DNA of 63,206 bases, filler included, from Octopus bimaculoides (Eukaryota): NCBI RefSeq assembly GCF_001194135.2. It is 5 parts of 5 records of this genome, joined end to end, with 100 filler letters (N's around TTAATTAATTAA, not from the genome) between each part and the next. Parts side by side here need not be neighbours in the genome. Positions count along the whole stretch, not along the records: positions 26,030 to 54,644 come from NC_068981.1; positions 54,745 to 59,272 come from NC_068990.1; positions 59,373 to 60,531 come from NC_068989.1; positions 60,632 to 63,206 come from NC_068991.1; 1 more part is not named here. One strand, 5' to 3'. Below are positions 49,955 through 63,206 of the stretch, piece after piece (within the stretch, counting starts at the first letter, position 1; the number at the start of each line of letters is the position of its first letter). The notes under the pieces are model-generated. The model was not told the origin of the DNA. It worked only from the letters and a program-made list of their open reading frames with translations, and did no database searches. The translations under genes and the position numbers were made by a program.

Positions 49955-50269
49955 ATGTTTTTGCATGTGTATTACTGTCTCCTAGCTGTGACATCACATT
50001 ATAATTGTAAATGAGTATCACCATCATCAAAGTGTCTTTCATTTCCACTATTCCAAGACATGTCTTCTCATGGGGAAACATTACCTTTGTTGGAAAGAGA
50101 CGAAGGCTGGTGACAAGAAGGGCATCCAACCATAAGAAATCTGCCTTTATACATTCCATCTATCACATGCAAGCATGGAAAAGTTCTTGTTAAACATTGA
50201 TGAAAATAGATTAATAATTAATAAGAAAATATGTTGTCAGAATCGTTTTTTCTTCCCCGTTCATCATCA

Positions 50270-50560
50270 TGTGATGAACCTGGACACATCATCAGTGATA
50301 GAGTCATTGATGACAGATGTACTAAGTCTTTCAAAAATCAGATGCTTTCATCCATGTGAACCAGCCAATGCTGATCAGACACAGCTTGTGCCCAGTTAGT
50401 AGTTTGTATTACTTCAGGAAGTAACTTCCCATCAATGGATCACTTCTTCATCCACAGCCACATTTGAAAAAAACCTCTGTCGCCTCCATAGCCAATTTGA
50501 TGGCCTTCTCCCTACTGATCTATATGATGCCCAGCATGCTGTAGGTTTTACTGAGAGACT
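50270..50560 (-). mobile_element. Second HERO-like 3' remnant
   Basis: Minus strand GREKAIKLAMEATE..F.WLWMKK* (ORF C-terminus), then a UTR ending atcactgatgatgtgtccagg, which parallels tgatgatgtcc at ~39259-39270. Confidence 0.55.
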
Positions 50561-50755
50561 GGCATTTCTTTTTTTCTTTATCTTTTATTTTTTTCAGTCA
50601 TTGGACTGTAGGCATGCTGGGGCATTGCCTTGAAGGATTTCGTTGAATAAACCAACTCAAATACTTATTTTTAACTGGTACTTATTCTATTGGTCTTATA
50701 CCAAACAAATCACCATCAGTTGCCAGGTAGTAAGGGACAAACACACACGCAAAAA

Positions 50756-50806
<51 letters not shown>

Positions 50807-52140
50807 GCACACATGCAAATAAACAAAGGGTTTCCACACAGTTTCTATCTACCAAATTCACCCATAAGGCATTTGTTGAGCTAGGGCTATAGTAGAAGAC
50901 ACTTACTCAATGTGCTGCACAGTGGGACTGAACCTGGAAGCATATGATTGCCAAGTGAGCTTCTTAACCACACAGCTATCCTTTTTTAGCATCTTTATTT
51001 TTCTTCTTATTTGTTTCAGTCATTAGACTATGGCCATGCTGGGGCACTGCATTGAAGAATTATAGGCAAGCAAATCAACCCTTACACTTATTTTCTCTTT
51101 ATATAAGCTTAGTACTTATTCCAGGAGTCAAATTGCTAAGTTACAGGAACATAAACACATCAACACTAGTTATCAAGCAGTGGTCAAACAGTGTTAGGAC
51201 ACACACACACACACACACACACACAGATATGACAGTCTTCTTCAAGTTTCCATCCAGCAAGTTCACTCACAAGTGTTTGGTTGGACTCGAGCTGGCAGAA
51301 TTCTTAGCACGCCAGGTGAAATGCTTAGCAGTATTTCGTCTGTTGCTACATTCTGAGCTCAAATTCAGCAGAGGTCAGCTTTGCGTTTCATCCTTTTGGG
51401 GTCAATTAAATAAGTACCAGTTACGCACTGGGGTCGATGTAATCACTTTAATCCCTTCCTCCAAATTTGAGGCCTTGTGCTTCCAGTAGAAAGGACTGCG
51501 GCTATAGTAGAAGACACTTTCCTTTCAGTGCCACGCAGTAGGACTGAACCTGGAACCATGTTGTTTGGGGAGCAAACATCTTACCATACAGCCATACCTG
51601 CAGCTGCAGCTGTATTTTTTTACAAACAAAGAAGCATCTATCACAACTAATAACTATCAAAGGAAAATAGTGACCTCAAAATACATCAACAGTAAAAAAT
51701 TCCACAGAAGGTGTTGAAAGATTTTATTTATCTATCTATGTGTATATTTATTTATCTACTTTTAGCTGCTTATGTAGATTTAGTTAATTAAGTCTCCTGA
51801 ATATCTATTAAACACTGTATAGTATTTATTTCAATTTAATAAATTTTTTTGTTAAATTTAGGTTTTGGAACCACTCCCTGCTGTTTTCTGTAGCTTTACT
51901 TTTTCTGCCAATCTCTAATGTTTATTATTTCATTTCTTCTTTTCTTATTTCCTTTTGTTCATTCTTTTGGCCTTTTTACAAAGCATATGTTATTATTGGC
52001 TTTACTAATGCCATACTCATACACACTTGCCTTACATCTGTATTGCTTATATTTCTCTTTCCATATATGTATATATATGTGTGTGTGTATGTGCATGTGT
52101 GTGTGTGTGTGTGAGCAAGTGTGTGTATGTATGTGTGCGT

Positions 52141-52173
<33 letters not shown>

Positions 52174-52290
52174 CATACATTATCATCATCATCATCATCG
52201 TTTAGCATGGAAAGCGGACGTTAAACGATAATGATGATGATGATGATGATGATGATGATAATGTATGCATACATGTATATATATGTATGT
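52141..52290. repeat. Palindromic double RTE tail at a palindromic target
   Basis: atgtatgcatacat flanks both sides; the insert is tatc(atc)ngttta plus gcatggaaagcggacgttaaacgataat(gat)n. Confidence 0.8.
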
Positions 52291-53375
52291 ATATGTGTGT
52301 GCGTGCATGCATGCATGCGTGCGTGTGTGTGTGAATGTGTGTGAATGTGTGTGAATGTGTGTGTGTATGTGTGTGTGTGTGTGTTATGAAAGTGAGTAAA
52401 TAGCAGTCAGACAGGTGAGCTGAAGATATATTTTGGCAGAGCAAATGTATAAGTAAATATTTTAAAATTTGAAAAAATTATGATAATAATAATAATAATG
52501 ATAATAATGATAATAATAATATAATAATGGTATAGATATTGATATTATAGATGTATCTGTTTAGATATATCCACTTACAGACTGCTATATACATGCATAC
52601 ATATACTTATTTTAACAGGTGTATACACACCTAATGCAACCAGAGATTATATCTTAGAGCTATGAATAGTTTTGTTTCTCAGGGAAATATTACTTTCACT
52701 GAAATCGTTAGATATATATTTCTACACTAAAAAGCTATATAGATGGTTGCCAATTCCTCAGATGTTTTGTTTAACCCTCTTCTCCCTTCCTTATTACTTT
52801 CTTAATAGTTTCTTACCCACACACACTCTCTATATCTCTCTCACTCTCTTTCTTCCCCTTCTCTCTCAGTGGATTATAACTGTCTTTCTTTAACTGATTT
52901 TTTATTTTTTCCTTATGTAGTTTCATACATTTCATGTTTGTTAAATATTTGTTTACAGCAGATCTAAAAAGTAACATCCTAGACTGAATATGTCTAGTTC
53001 AGATTTTCACTGTTTTGGGTTCAAATACCATTTATATCAACCTTAAGAAAATAAATATTAGCAAAATACTTCTTGGATTGATCAAAAATATACATTTTTA
53101 CCTTCAGGAACTGGTTATGTGTCCAGTTGAGAAGAATTACTATTTTTGTCATTTACTTTGCTTTGCTGTTATGCCAGACAAGTTTCTAAACTAATATGGT
53201 TTAGAATTATTAAAAGAAAGTTTCATAAACAGGAATAGTAAATCTCTGTGAGGTTTAGTATATGACTCTGTCCCGTTGGCTTCACAGCAAGTTTGGGCAA
53301 GTATTTTCTAGCATCACCCCAGGCTAACTGAATCCTTGCAGGTGGATTAGGTAGATGGAAACTGAAAGAAGCCCA

Positions 53376-53407
<32 letters not shown>

Positions 53408-53833
53408 GCATGCACGTGTATATGTATGTGTGCATCTGTGTTTGTGTGTATGTGTATCTGTTCATGTCTCCTTGCTTTGGCATTGGGTGTGATAGTTGTA
53501 AAATGATTGTCATACAAGCAGTGTCATTCATTTGCAATATTCTGTGAGAACATGTCTGGCCATGGGGATATAATACATTGGTTGGAAAAAGGTGAGGGTT
53601 GGCAACAGGAAGGGTATCTAGCCATAGAAAATCTGCTTCAATAAACTCTGTTCAACCCATGCAAGTATGGAAAAGTGGATGTTAAACTACTGCTGAGGAT
53701 GATACATAAAAGTATGTATACATATATATTATATGTTTATAATATGCCATCCGGTTTCACCAGTCCTCAGTAAATCGTCCAACCCATGCTAGCATGGAAA
53801 GCGGATGTTAAACGATGATGATGATGATGATGA

Positions 53834-53901
<68 letters not shown>

Positions 53902-54074
53902 GAGAATATACAAATAATAACAACAGACGAGGACAGGTGGTGTAAATAACAAAAGTATATATTAGTATGACGCTCAGTCTAAGTTACACAAAAATGAAAA
54001 TAACACTCACATCTCATTTCACAGATATATTTACAAAATTACATAAAAATATCTTGAAATACTAAAGAGTAAAT

Positions 54075-54218
54075 TTATTCAATAAAATTGCCATTGGCTT
54101 CAGCCTCGGCCTCCAGGCAACATCGGAATCTCCTGCAACTCTTCTGGATAGTCTCTTTGTTTAAGTTGGTGAATGCTGCCATAATCCTTGCCTTCAGTTC
54201 ATCTTTGGTGTATTGTAA
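54075..54218 (-). mobile_element. Tc1/maT-like transposase C-terminal remnant
   Basis: YTKDELKARIMAAFTNLNKETIQKSCRRFRCCLEAEAEANGNFIE*, typical of IS630-Tc1-mariner C-termini. Confidence 0.75.
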
Positions 54219-54959
54219 AATAACTGAAACAAGTAAAAGAGTAAAAGAGTATACATAGGCAATCAAATCACCCACCCAGTATCTTGAAGAACTTAGTTGA
54301 AAGCATTAGTAAATATATACTTTTGATGTCTTCAATGAAGATGTTTTTGTGGATGCAGCTAGGTATTATAATGAAGCATTCAAGATTGGTGAGTTCTCTG
54401 ATGAGATTCATCATCATCATCATCATCGTTTAACGTCCGCTTTCCATGCTAGCATGGGTTGGACGATTTGACTGAGGACTGGTGAAACCGGATGGCAACA
54501 CCAGGCTCCAGTCTGATTTGGCAGAGTTTCTACAGCTGGATGCCCTTCCTAACGCCAACCACTCAGAGAGTGTAGTGGGTGCTTTTACGTGTCACCCGCA
54601 CGAAAACGGCCACGCTCGAAATGGTGTCTTTTATGTGCCACCCGNNNNNNNNNNNNNNNNNNNNNNNNNNNNNNNNNNNNNNNNNNNNTTAATTAATTAA
54701 NNNNNNNNNNNNNNNNNNNNNNNNNNNNNNNNNNNNNNNNNNNNATATATACATATATATGTGTGTGTTTATGTATGTATGTAGGTTTGCACAACTATAC
54801 AAGACTACGTATGTATGTAACAATATCACAATTGAAGACTATGAAAAATACACAATGTCCACCCAGAGGCTTTCAAAAAACTAACGATATTACATAGATA
54901 GATTAAAGGCCAGCCATTGCAGCTGCCGCTATTACAGCATCTGCTGCTCTTGCTGCTGT

Positions 54960-54990
<31 letters not shown>

Positions 54991-55104
54991 GTTCTGTTTA
55001 TGTGCTTCTGTCGTTAATGAACATAATAATGATTGTACATTTTCGTCAGACAATTTCAAACTCAAATACTCACATCTCCACGCACGTATACGCATGGACA
55101 CATT

Positions 55105-55161
<57 letters not shown>

Positions 55162-55201
55162 CTATATCTATATCTATATCNNNNNNNNNNTATCTATATC
55201 T

Positions 55202-55232
<31 letters not shown>

Positions 55233-55719
55233 TATATATGCATGAATGCATATATGTATATATATGTGTGTACCTACATGCATATATATTTATATATACA
55301 TATACGTATATATTATAAATATATACCAACATAAATGTACGTGCATTTATGCAAGCATATGTATATATACACATGTACATATACGTATATGTTCATATAT
55401 ACTACATAAATGCATACACGCACGCAGAGACATGAATTTTTGTACCTGTGTGTGCAAGCGTGTATACAGAACACAGATATGTACATTAAACATACATATG
55501 TGTACAGATATGAATGTTTTACACTTATTATATACATACATATATATATGTATATATATATATATATATATTCGTGCATATATGATATAACTGTATACGT
55601 ACATAAAGAAAATTATATAAATTTAAAAGGTAATTTTTAAAACCCTTACCAAAAGCAAAAAAAAATAAAATGAAAAAATGTAACTTAATTATTCCTTCAC
55701 TGAAGCATGACGATAATAA

Positions 55720-55948
55720 CAACAGCAATAGCAACAACAACAACAACAACAGCAACAACAACAACAACAACAACAGCAACAACAACAACAGCAATAGCAA
55801 CAACAACAACAACAACAAAAGCAACAGCAATGAAGAAGAACTAGGAAAGAATTCAAAATCTCCCAAAAATTTTTTTGTTTTTTTCTTTATTTTTCTATTA
55901 CATTATTGTTAATTTGTCTCCATTGATTTTCATTTGTTTATTTGTCCA

Positions 55949-56039
<91 letters not shown>

Positions 56040-56085
56040 TATTATTTTTATTATTATTATTGTTATTATTATTATTATCATTATT
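55720..56085. repeat. Compound (CAA/CAG)n and (ATT)n/(CAT)n microsatellites
   Basis: Direct sequence. Confidence 0.9.
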
Positions 56086-57912
56086 CTGTGCTAGTTCTCG
56101 ATAGCATTAACTTCAGTGGTTCTGATAAGCGTGGCTCATTAGTTTAGTATACAAGCTTTTTGCAATGGAATATTACTGACAAGTTTTATTACAAAGTCTT
56201 CTCATAACCCACCTCAAAATTCCCGCTGTTTTTACATTTCGCCAATTTTTATTTATTTATTTATTTATTTACTTACTTATTTATTTTTTATTTAACTATT
56301 TATTTTGTTTGTTTGTTTCTTGCCTGGAGAATCCTATTTTTCTTTTCACTCAAATTTATTTACATTGTTGTTGTTTTTCTTTTGGCTTTCAACCTCAAAA
56401 ACGAAACACAATAAGTACAAGAATAACAACAGCAACAACAACAACAACAACAGTAGCAGTAGCTGCATCCACAACAACAATGATGACAGTAACAACAATA
56501 ACAATATCTGGAGTAACAAGAAGAAATAAGATAAATTATCCTCCGGATAATTTCAGGATAGAGAAACAGTTACGTGAAAATATCCATGAATCCTTCGTTA
56601 TCTCAAGCAGTGTATTACTCTGTGTGTGTGTGTGTGCGTGTGTGTGTGCGTGTGAGTGTGTGTGCGCGCGCGCGTGTATGTGTGAGTGTGCGTGTGTGTA
56701 TGCATACTTCGTTTTTGCATAATGATTCTCCCTAGATTCACCAATATATATGTATATATATATACATATATGTATGTATGTATGTAGTATATAATACATA
56801 TATATATATATATATATANNNNNNNNNNNNNNNNNNNNNNNNNNNNNNNNNNNNNNNNTATATATATCGTTGATATTATGCAAAAGTGTCGTAAGTCCAA
56901 AACGGTACTACTTCAGAGAACGAAAAATTAGTTTCACGTTTCCATACCAAAACTGCTGTACTACACTTAGACAATTTTTTATATCTTGGTATCTGAAGCA
57001 GCTGGAGATACGATAGTTTTACCAAAAGAACTGGCTGTTGCAAGCAAAAAATAAATATTGAAAAAGAAATTTTTTTTCCTTTTCTACAAATTTCCTACTT
57101 GACGACCAAATACATTAATCCTGGCGTGTTACTGGTTCTTATTTTCATTCTATAATAAAGCGCTAACCAACATTAGCGATATTACGCCTAAGAAACTAAA
57201 AGCTGAAATTAAATCGTCACCAATTGATTCTTAGGAGTCTTTAGAGGTTCCCACTCTATTGCAGCCATTCGGACCATGTGTTCGGTTTAAGAAAGAATTC
57301 TTAACTCCCAACCGCCCTGGCACTAGTTTCAAGGGCTCTATAGAGACCTCTTTCCTCCCTAAAAACCAGAGAAAAGTTAGTATGTTGCACTTTTTTATTA
57401 GAAGAGAAACAAACACGAATTTTCATCAAAATCTAATCTGCACCTCCACTACATTAGGTCCATTCTGGACCATATATTCCACAATCAATCTTTCTACGTT
57501 AGGCTTAAAGCCACTCAGTTTGAAGTCTGAAGTGAATAGTCAGTTCTGACATCAGCATATAATAAGTACTTTGTTAAACAAGCCTGGAAAGACGAAAAAA
57601 CAAAGCTGAGATTTAAGTGCAAAATGTAACGAGACGTAATTAAATACAAGAATAATCACTGTTTGTTATCGAGGCGGATAGGTGTCTGCCTTAGTAGCAA
57701 AGAACTACCAAATTACTAATATACAACTCGTAATCTCATATCAGACTATTAATCTCATTCTAAACTATTAATCTCATACTAAAATACTAACCATGATACA
57801 TTTTATAGTCTTGTCTTGTTTATCTTTTTAGTACAAAATGAAAAACATACACGCATCCATTATTGAGTGGTTAAGATGTAAAGACAGCCGTCACTCGCGA
57901 ACGAATATGGTT

Positions 57913-57956
57913 TGGCAATATGTTGGCAATGTGTTGGCAATATGTTGGCAATATGT
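57913..57956. repeat. 11-bp tandem repeat x4
   Basis: tggcaatatgt / tggcaatgtgt / tggcaatatgt / tggcaatatgt. Confidence 0.9.
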
Positions 57957-57981
57957 ATGATGCTTTCGCTAATTGTTTCAG

Positions 57982-58009
57982 ATGCCTATTTACTCGCAAG
58001 CTGACAAAG
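57982..58009 (+). CDS. Candidate micro-exon (28 nt): MPIYSQADK or CLFTRKLTK
   Basis: Branch-like gCTAAT, acceptor tttcAG, donor AAG|GTATCC. Too short for confidence. Confidence 0.2.
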
Positions 58010-58289
58010 GTATCCTTTTGGTCCTCACACACCTTCACACAACGGAGGATGTGACAATAGGAGGGAGAAAGGATTGAACCATCGCTCCAACTGTCAACTG
58101 GAATTGGAATGGTTAGGGGATGTACAAGAATAGAATGAGAAACGAGAAAGATGCAGAAGGAGGAAAAAGAGGAGGAGGAGGAGGAGGAGGCGGTAAGATA
58201 TATACATACAATTAGATGATGCTCCCCCACTACTTCTCATTATCAGAGATGCACATATCGTCAGCCACTAAGGGACTTGCTCAACATAC

Positions 58290-58437
58290 TAAGCAGCAAA
58301 CATGAGGTAGAACGCTAAAACTTAGTGCACATGCACAGCAGAGTTTAAGATCAATCTGTGCCAAGCGGCTTTACTCTGCATACTTTAGCTTCGTTACGTT
58401 GGCAACAGTCCGGATATTTACTGATCAAACCACGTAC
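58290..58437 (-). mobile_element. Mariner-like terminal fragment
   Basis: Minus strand TACGTGGTTTGATCAGTAAATATCCGGACTGTTGCC... (TA-flanked mariner-type end). Confidence 0.6.
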
Positions 58438-59495
58438 ATATGTGTTTGCGTGTGTGTATTTACAGGTGTGTGTGTATGAGTTCTTTAATGTAATTATCAT
58501 TATCATCTTCATTGCTGTTATTATCAACTTTTCTACCGTCATCATTTTTATCAATAATATTATTGTTCGTAATTAAGACGGCGAGCAGGCAGTGATGTTA
58601 GGACGCCGGGGAAAATGCTTAGCGGCATTTTGTCTGCCTTCACGTTCTAAGTTCAAATTTCGCTGAGGTTGACTTTGCCTTTCACCATTTCGAGGTCGAT
58701 GAAATAAGTACCAAAATCGCTGTCCTTGTGTCCAAATATGAAATCAATATTACCGTTATTAATTATGGTGTTGAGCTGCCAGAATCGTTCGCACGCCAAA
58801 CAAAACGCTTACATTCTGAGTTCAAATTCTATTGATGATGACTTCGCATTTTATCTTTTTGATTTCGGTGAAATAAGGACCAATTGGACACTGGAGTCAT
58901 TGTAATCGACTTCAACCACCCCGAGAACAACTGGCCTTGTGCCAATATTCGAAATAAATATTACTTTTTGTAGAAATCACTAACAATTCTGTTCTTGGTA
59001 CAAAAGAAATTAGGTCTTAACAATCAGAATATAGATAATTCTCTCGACCCATATTTCTCAAACTAAGCAAAGCCACCATTCTTATTTTCGTATTTTGATT
59101 CTGTATCTTCCATTTTGTAATCCTATTAAGCCCGCAACATTCAATTTTCAGTATTTATTTATTTTTTATTTTCATTTTCTTATTTATTGACGCACATCAA
59201 TATAATATTACTTAAGACTTACAACACAGCGAATACGTTAAGAATTAGTTTATTTCATGGTGATTTTCATACNNNNNNNNNNNNNNNNNNNNNNNNNNNN
59301 NNNNNNNNNNNNNNNNTTAATTAATTAANNNNNNNNNNNNNNNNNNNNNNNNNNNNNNNNNNNNNNNNNNNNTGTATATATATATGCACATGTGTGTATA
59401 TATGTATATATATATGCACATGTGTGTATATATGTATATATATATGCACATGTGTGTATATATGTATATAAATATATATATATATATATATATGC

Positions 59496-59533
<38 letters not shown>

Positions 59534-59811
59534 TGTGTTTGCATCCGTATGTGTTATTTGTTATTTCTTTACTACCCACAAGGGGCTACACACATAGGGG
59601 ACAAACAAAGACAGACAAACGGATTAAGTCGATTATATCGACCCCAGTGCGTAACTGGTACTTATTTAATCGACCCCGAAAGGATGAAAGGCAAAGTCGA
59701 CCTCGGCGGAATTTGAACTCAGAACGTAGCGGCAGACGAAAAACCGCTGAGCATTTCGCCCGGTGTGCTAACGTTTCTGCCAGCTCGCCGCCTTTGTATG
59801 TCGCATCCGTA

Positions 59812-59842
<31 letters not shown>

Positions 59843-60099
59843 TCGCGTGTCTGTGATTGCATCACAACCGCTTGACAACCGGTATTGATTATTGTTTATC
59901 TCCCTGTGACTTAGTGGTTCGGTACAAATAAACGATGAAATAAGTATTATGCCTTAAGAAAAAATAATCATAAGTACTGAGTTCGAATCTCGACCTATAG
60001 ATCTTCAAGGTGGTGCCCCAGGATGGCCGTAGTCTAATGACCGGAAAAAGTTAATAGAGACACCCCACCTCACACAAAAAAATATGTGGGAAAGGGTCG

Positions 60100-60485
60100 A
60101 TCGAACCCCTGTAATCCTCTCAACCAAAATATTCATTGACATAACCCTTACGTCTCTCTGTAATTTTGCCTGCAGACATCTCCCTTCCTTCCTTTCGATT
60201 ATTTCGTTCCTTCTCCCTCTTCCTTTTCTCTCCTACTTCTCTTTCATTTTTCTTCTTCATTCACTTCGTGTCTTTCTTCCAGCCCTTCCTTTTTCCCCCG
60301 TGTTTTCGTTCATTATTTTTTTTGTCCCTCCCCATCGTCCCCACTACACTTCATTCTTTTCTTGCCTTGTCTTCCCTCCTTCACTTTTCCTCTTCCTTCT
60401 TTTTTTCCCTACTCTTCCCCTTCTTACCTTCTTTCCGCCTTTCTTTTCTTTCCTTTCCTTCTTTTTCCTTTCCTATCTTTCTCCT
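60100..60485. repeat. Long polypyrimidine (CT-rich) tract
   Basis: About 380 bp, mostly C/T on the plus strand. Confidence 0.8.
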
Positions 60486-60859
60486 GCATAATCTAGCGGT
60501 CCGGCAAAATATATATATATATATATATATANNNNNNNNNNNNNNNNNNNNNNNNNNNNNNNNNNNNNNNNNNNNTTAATTAATTAANNNNNNNNNNNNN
60601 NNNNNNNNNNNNNNNNNNNNNNNNNNNNNNNCTCTGCCTGAAACATTGGTATATCTTTAATCTACAAACTACTATCCCCTTCGGACTAAATACAACCCCC
60701 TTCTCCTATTGACTGCCTCTACACCTCCTGGAACTAAGCAACCTGATTTCATTTTTCATTTTTTCTTGCAATTGCACCACTTTATATTGCATTTTTAAAT
60801 TCTTTATCCCTTTTCAAACTTTTTTTTATAATTTATTGTTGTGTTATTTTTATAATTCA

Positions 60860-61960
60860 TTGCTTTTTCTATATACACACATACACGCACATATGTACAT
60901 AGCCACACATGAAAAAAAACACGCACCTGTATACACACATGAACGCACATATACCTCCCACACACACCACACATACGACACACATACTCCCATGTGCAAA
61001 CACATGCGCGTACACACACATGTGCACAAACACACACATACGCACACACAGCCACATACATATACATACTCAAGCACATGCGCATACACGCAACAAAATG
61101 CACACATAACCCAACAGACATTTCCACATTCACACACACATATACACACGCACGCCCATACACACATGTACACATGCACATACACACACACATACACACA
61201 CGGACACAATACATATACACACATACATACACACACGCACACACACATATACACACGTACATACACATACATACACACACTAGTACATGTACGCACATAT
61301 ACCTCCAACACAATGCACATAGACATGCACGAAATTACACACACATAGGCAAAAAAACACACACTCACAGGTGTAAACGCATGCACACACATACTCACAG
61401 GTACACACATATACGCCTATACAAACCCCATGCACACACGCATATACAAACTCACATACACACATATACATACACACAATATATACATACACGCATACAC
61501 ACGTACACGTACACATTCACATATAAACACATACACACACACGCACACACACATGCATCTGAACGCACACATACCTAACACAACCCCACGCATACACGTA
61601 TACACACCCGCATACACACACATATGCACACATGTACACACGCACATACACTCTCACACACATATACACGCACATGCAGATGAACCCACACATACTTCCC
61701 ATACACACACAGCACACACTCATACATACACGCACACAATTATACATACATGTAAACACATACGCACATACAAGCAAACACAGAGTAAAGTATAATTACT
61801 CCACAGACACAACCTCACGTGCGCACACACATACACGTACACACACATCCATACATACCCACACCCTCACACACATACATACATGCACACGCGCACACTG
61901 GAAACAAAACACACACACACTACATATATATATACACACACACACATATTTCAAACTACC
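60860..61960. repeat. Degenerate (CA/TA)n low-complexity tract, ~1.1 kb
   Basis: Produces the His/Thr- and Cys/Val-rich ORFs. Confidence 0.9.
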
Positions 61961-62199
61961 AGTACCTTTCTACTGACAATTCTCCTAGGCACATGTGTAG
62001 GTAGACAAATTCTTCCTATGACCTTAATGAATTTATGTCCAACCACACACATATATAAACAGCCACAACTACACACACACACACATACCTCCTTCTCTTG
62101 CACTCTCCTGTTTTTGAAAAGAACTTTTTTTCCAACCTTTCCCTTCCGGTCATTCCAGTATGTGACTGCGTGTGCATCGTTGGCGATTTTCTTTCTCTG

Positions 62200-62364
62200 T
62201 CTTCCCTTCTTTGGACTTTTCCTACATATATGATGAAGATCTCTGATTGAAATGTTAAATCCTGTCTTTTCTTTCCTTTCCTGAGCGTCCAATAACACTG
62301 TACTTATTCCACGTCCTTGCATTGTTTTTTCGTGTTTTTTCTTGCTTGTTCATGTTGAAATTGA

Positions 62365-62380
<16 letters not shown>
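62200..62380 (+). mobile_element. Penelope-like pseudo-LTR fragment with a decayed hammerhead
   Basis: aTGATGA-A-GATCtctGATT-GAAATGTT at ~62230-62258, then ctgagcgtccaataacactgtac...gaaattgaccat abutting (TA)n. Confidence 0.5.
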
Positions 62381-62399
<19 letters not shown>

Positions 62400-63089
62400 N
62401 NNNNNNNNNTATATATATATACATATATAGTATATATATATGAAATCTCGTATTGGTATGTGGTGTTACTATTTTCCCCTGACGATGGATTCATTACCGT
62501 AATGCCCCCTCGTGCATTGACTATGTTGATGAACCCCTGAAATGGCCATAGGGACTGTAAATATGGTTTTCTTTTTGCTTGGACACCGGCTTTTCTTAAA
62601 AGGTTTCCTTTTACCTTAGAAAGTAACTTTTAATCGTAAAAAATTCTTAATCGATGAACTTTTATGTATACCTTATGTAGTTTTATGTTTTTTATATATA
62701 TACGTATTTATATATTTATATTTTTATATATTTATTATTTTAGGTTTTATAATGTAAAAAAATTTTTTAGACGCTGAAGTATTAATTTTAAAATTTTTTA
62801 TGTTGGAATAGACTGTACTCACTTTTTTCTATATGCTTGTCTAAATGAAATATTCTTTCATCTTCTGTGATTTTGTGCATCCGTATTTTATGTATAAGAA
62901 AAAGCATTATGTTTCTTTATATGTGATTAAATGTTCAAGATGTGATATATTAGTTGGATGACCTTAAATTTGTTGTTTGTTCTACAACCAAAGTTTATTA
63001 TACTCGTCTCATTTACTTGAGCACTTCCCTTGCAGTTTTATTAACTCTCTTGTTCCTAACAAGAAACAATCATTATTATTATTGATATA

Positions 63090-63121
<32 letters not shown>

Positions 63122-63166
63122 CACACATATATAGTATATATATATACACATATATATACATATATA

Positions 63167-63205
<39 letters not shown>

Positions 63206-63206
63206 A

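Noticed and set aside
60804-61976. His/Thr-rich and Cys/Val-rich ORFs
   Set aside because: Translation of degenerate (CA/TA)n; not metal-binding proteins.
62479-62510. ctgacgatgg...ccgtaatg possible hammerhead
   Set aside because: GAAA is absent (GTAA) and there is no helix I.
1-63206. CRISPR arrays, rRNA, prokaryotic operons
   Set aside because: None seen; the tandem repeats lack unique spacers and the sequence is eukaryotic.

Overview
AT-rich, gap-containing eukaryotic genomic DNA packed with microsatellites and transposon debris. The repeat complement (tRNA-headed SINEs with internal microsatellites, RTE 3' ends with (GAT)n tails) suggests an octopus genome such as Octopus bimaculoides; this is inference from recalled repeat families, not a database match. 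No complete gene is visible, and nearly all long ORFs in the track are microsatellite or N-gap artefacts. Recognisable protein remnants are all transposon-derived: RTE-clade LINE pieces, two HERO-like and two R4/Dong-like restriction-like-endonuclease retrotransposon pieces, and mariner/Tc1 pieces. Non-autonomous DNA elements include hAT MITEs with 8-bp TSDs, piggyBac-type TTAA MITEs and Helitron/Helentron-like elements. A few short candidate host exons occur on both strands, unverified. The most interesting signals are: (1) a fold-back element combining a tRNA-like head with Penelope-type minimal hammerhead ribozyme arms (two loci), plus a separate near-perfect hammerhead at 8975-9017; (2) Dong-like elements each sitting in a (TAA)n tract; (3) several near-perfect hairpins; (4) a shift from CpG-depleted to CpG-retaining sequence at about 54.7 kb. 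All alignments and folds were done by eye, and repeat boundaries are approximate unless a TSD is quoted.
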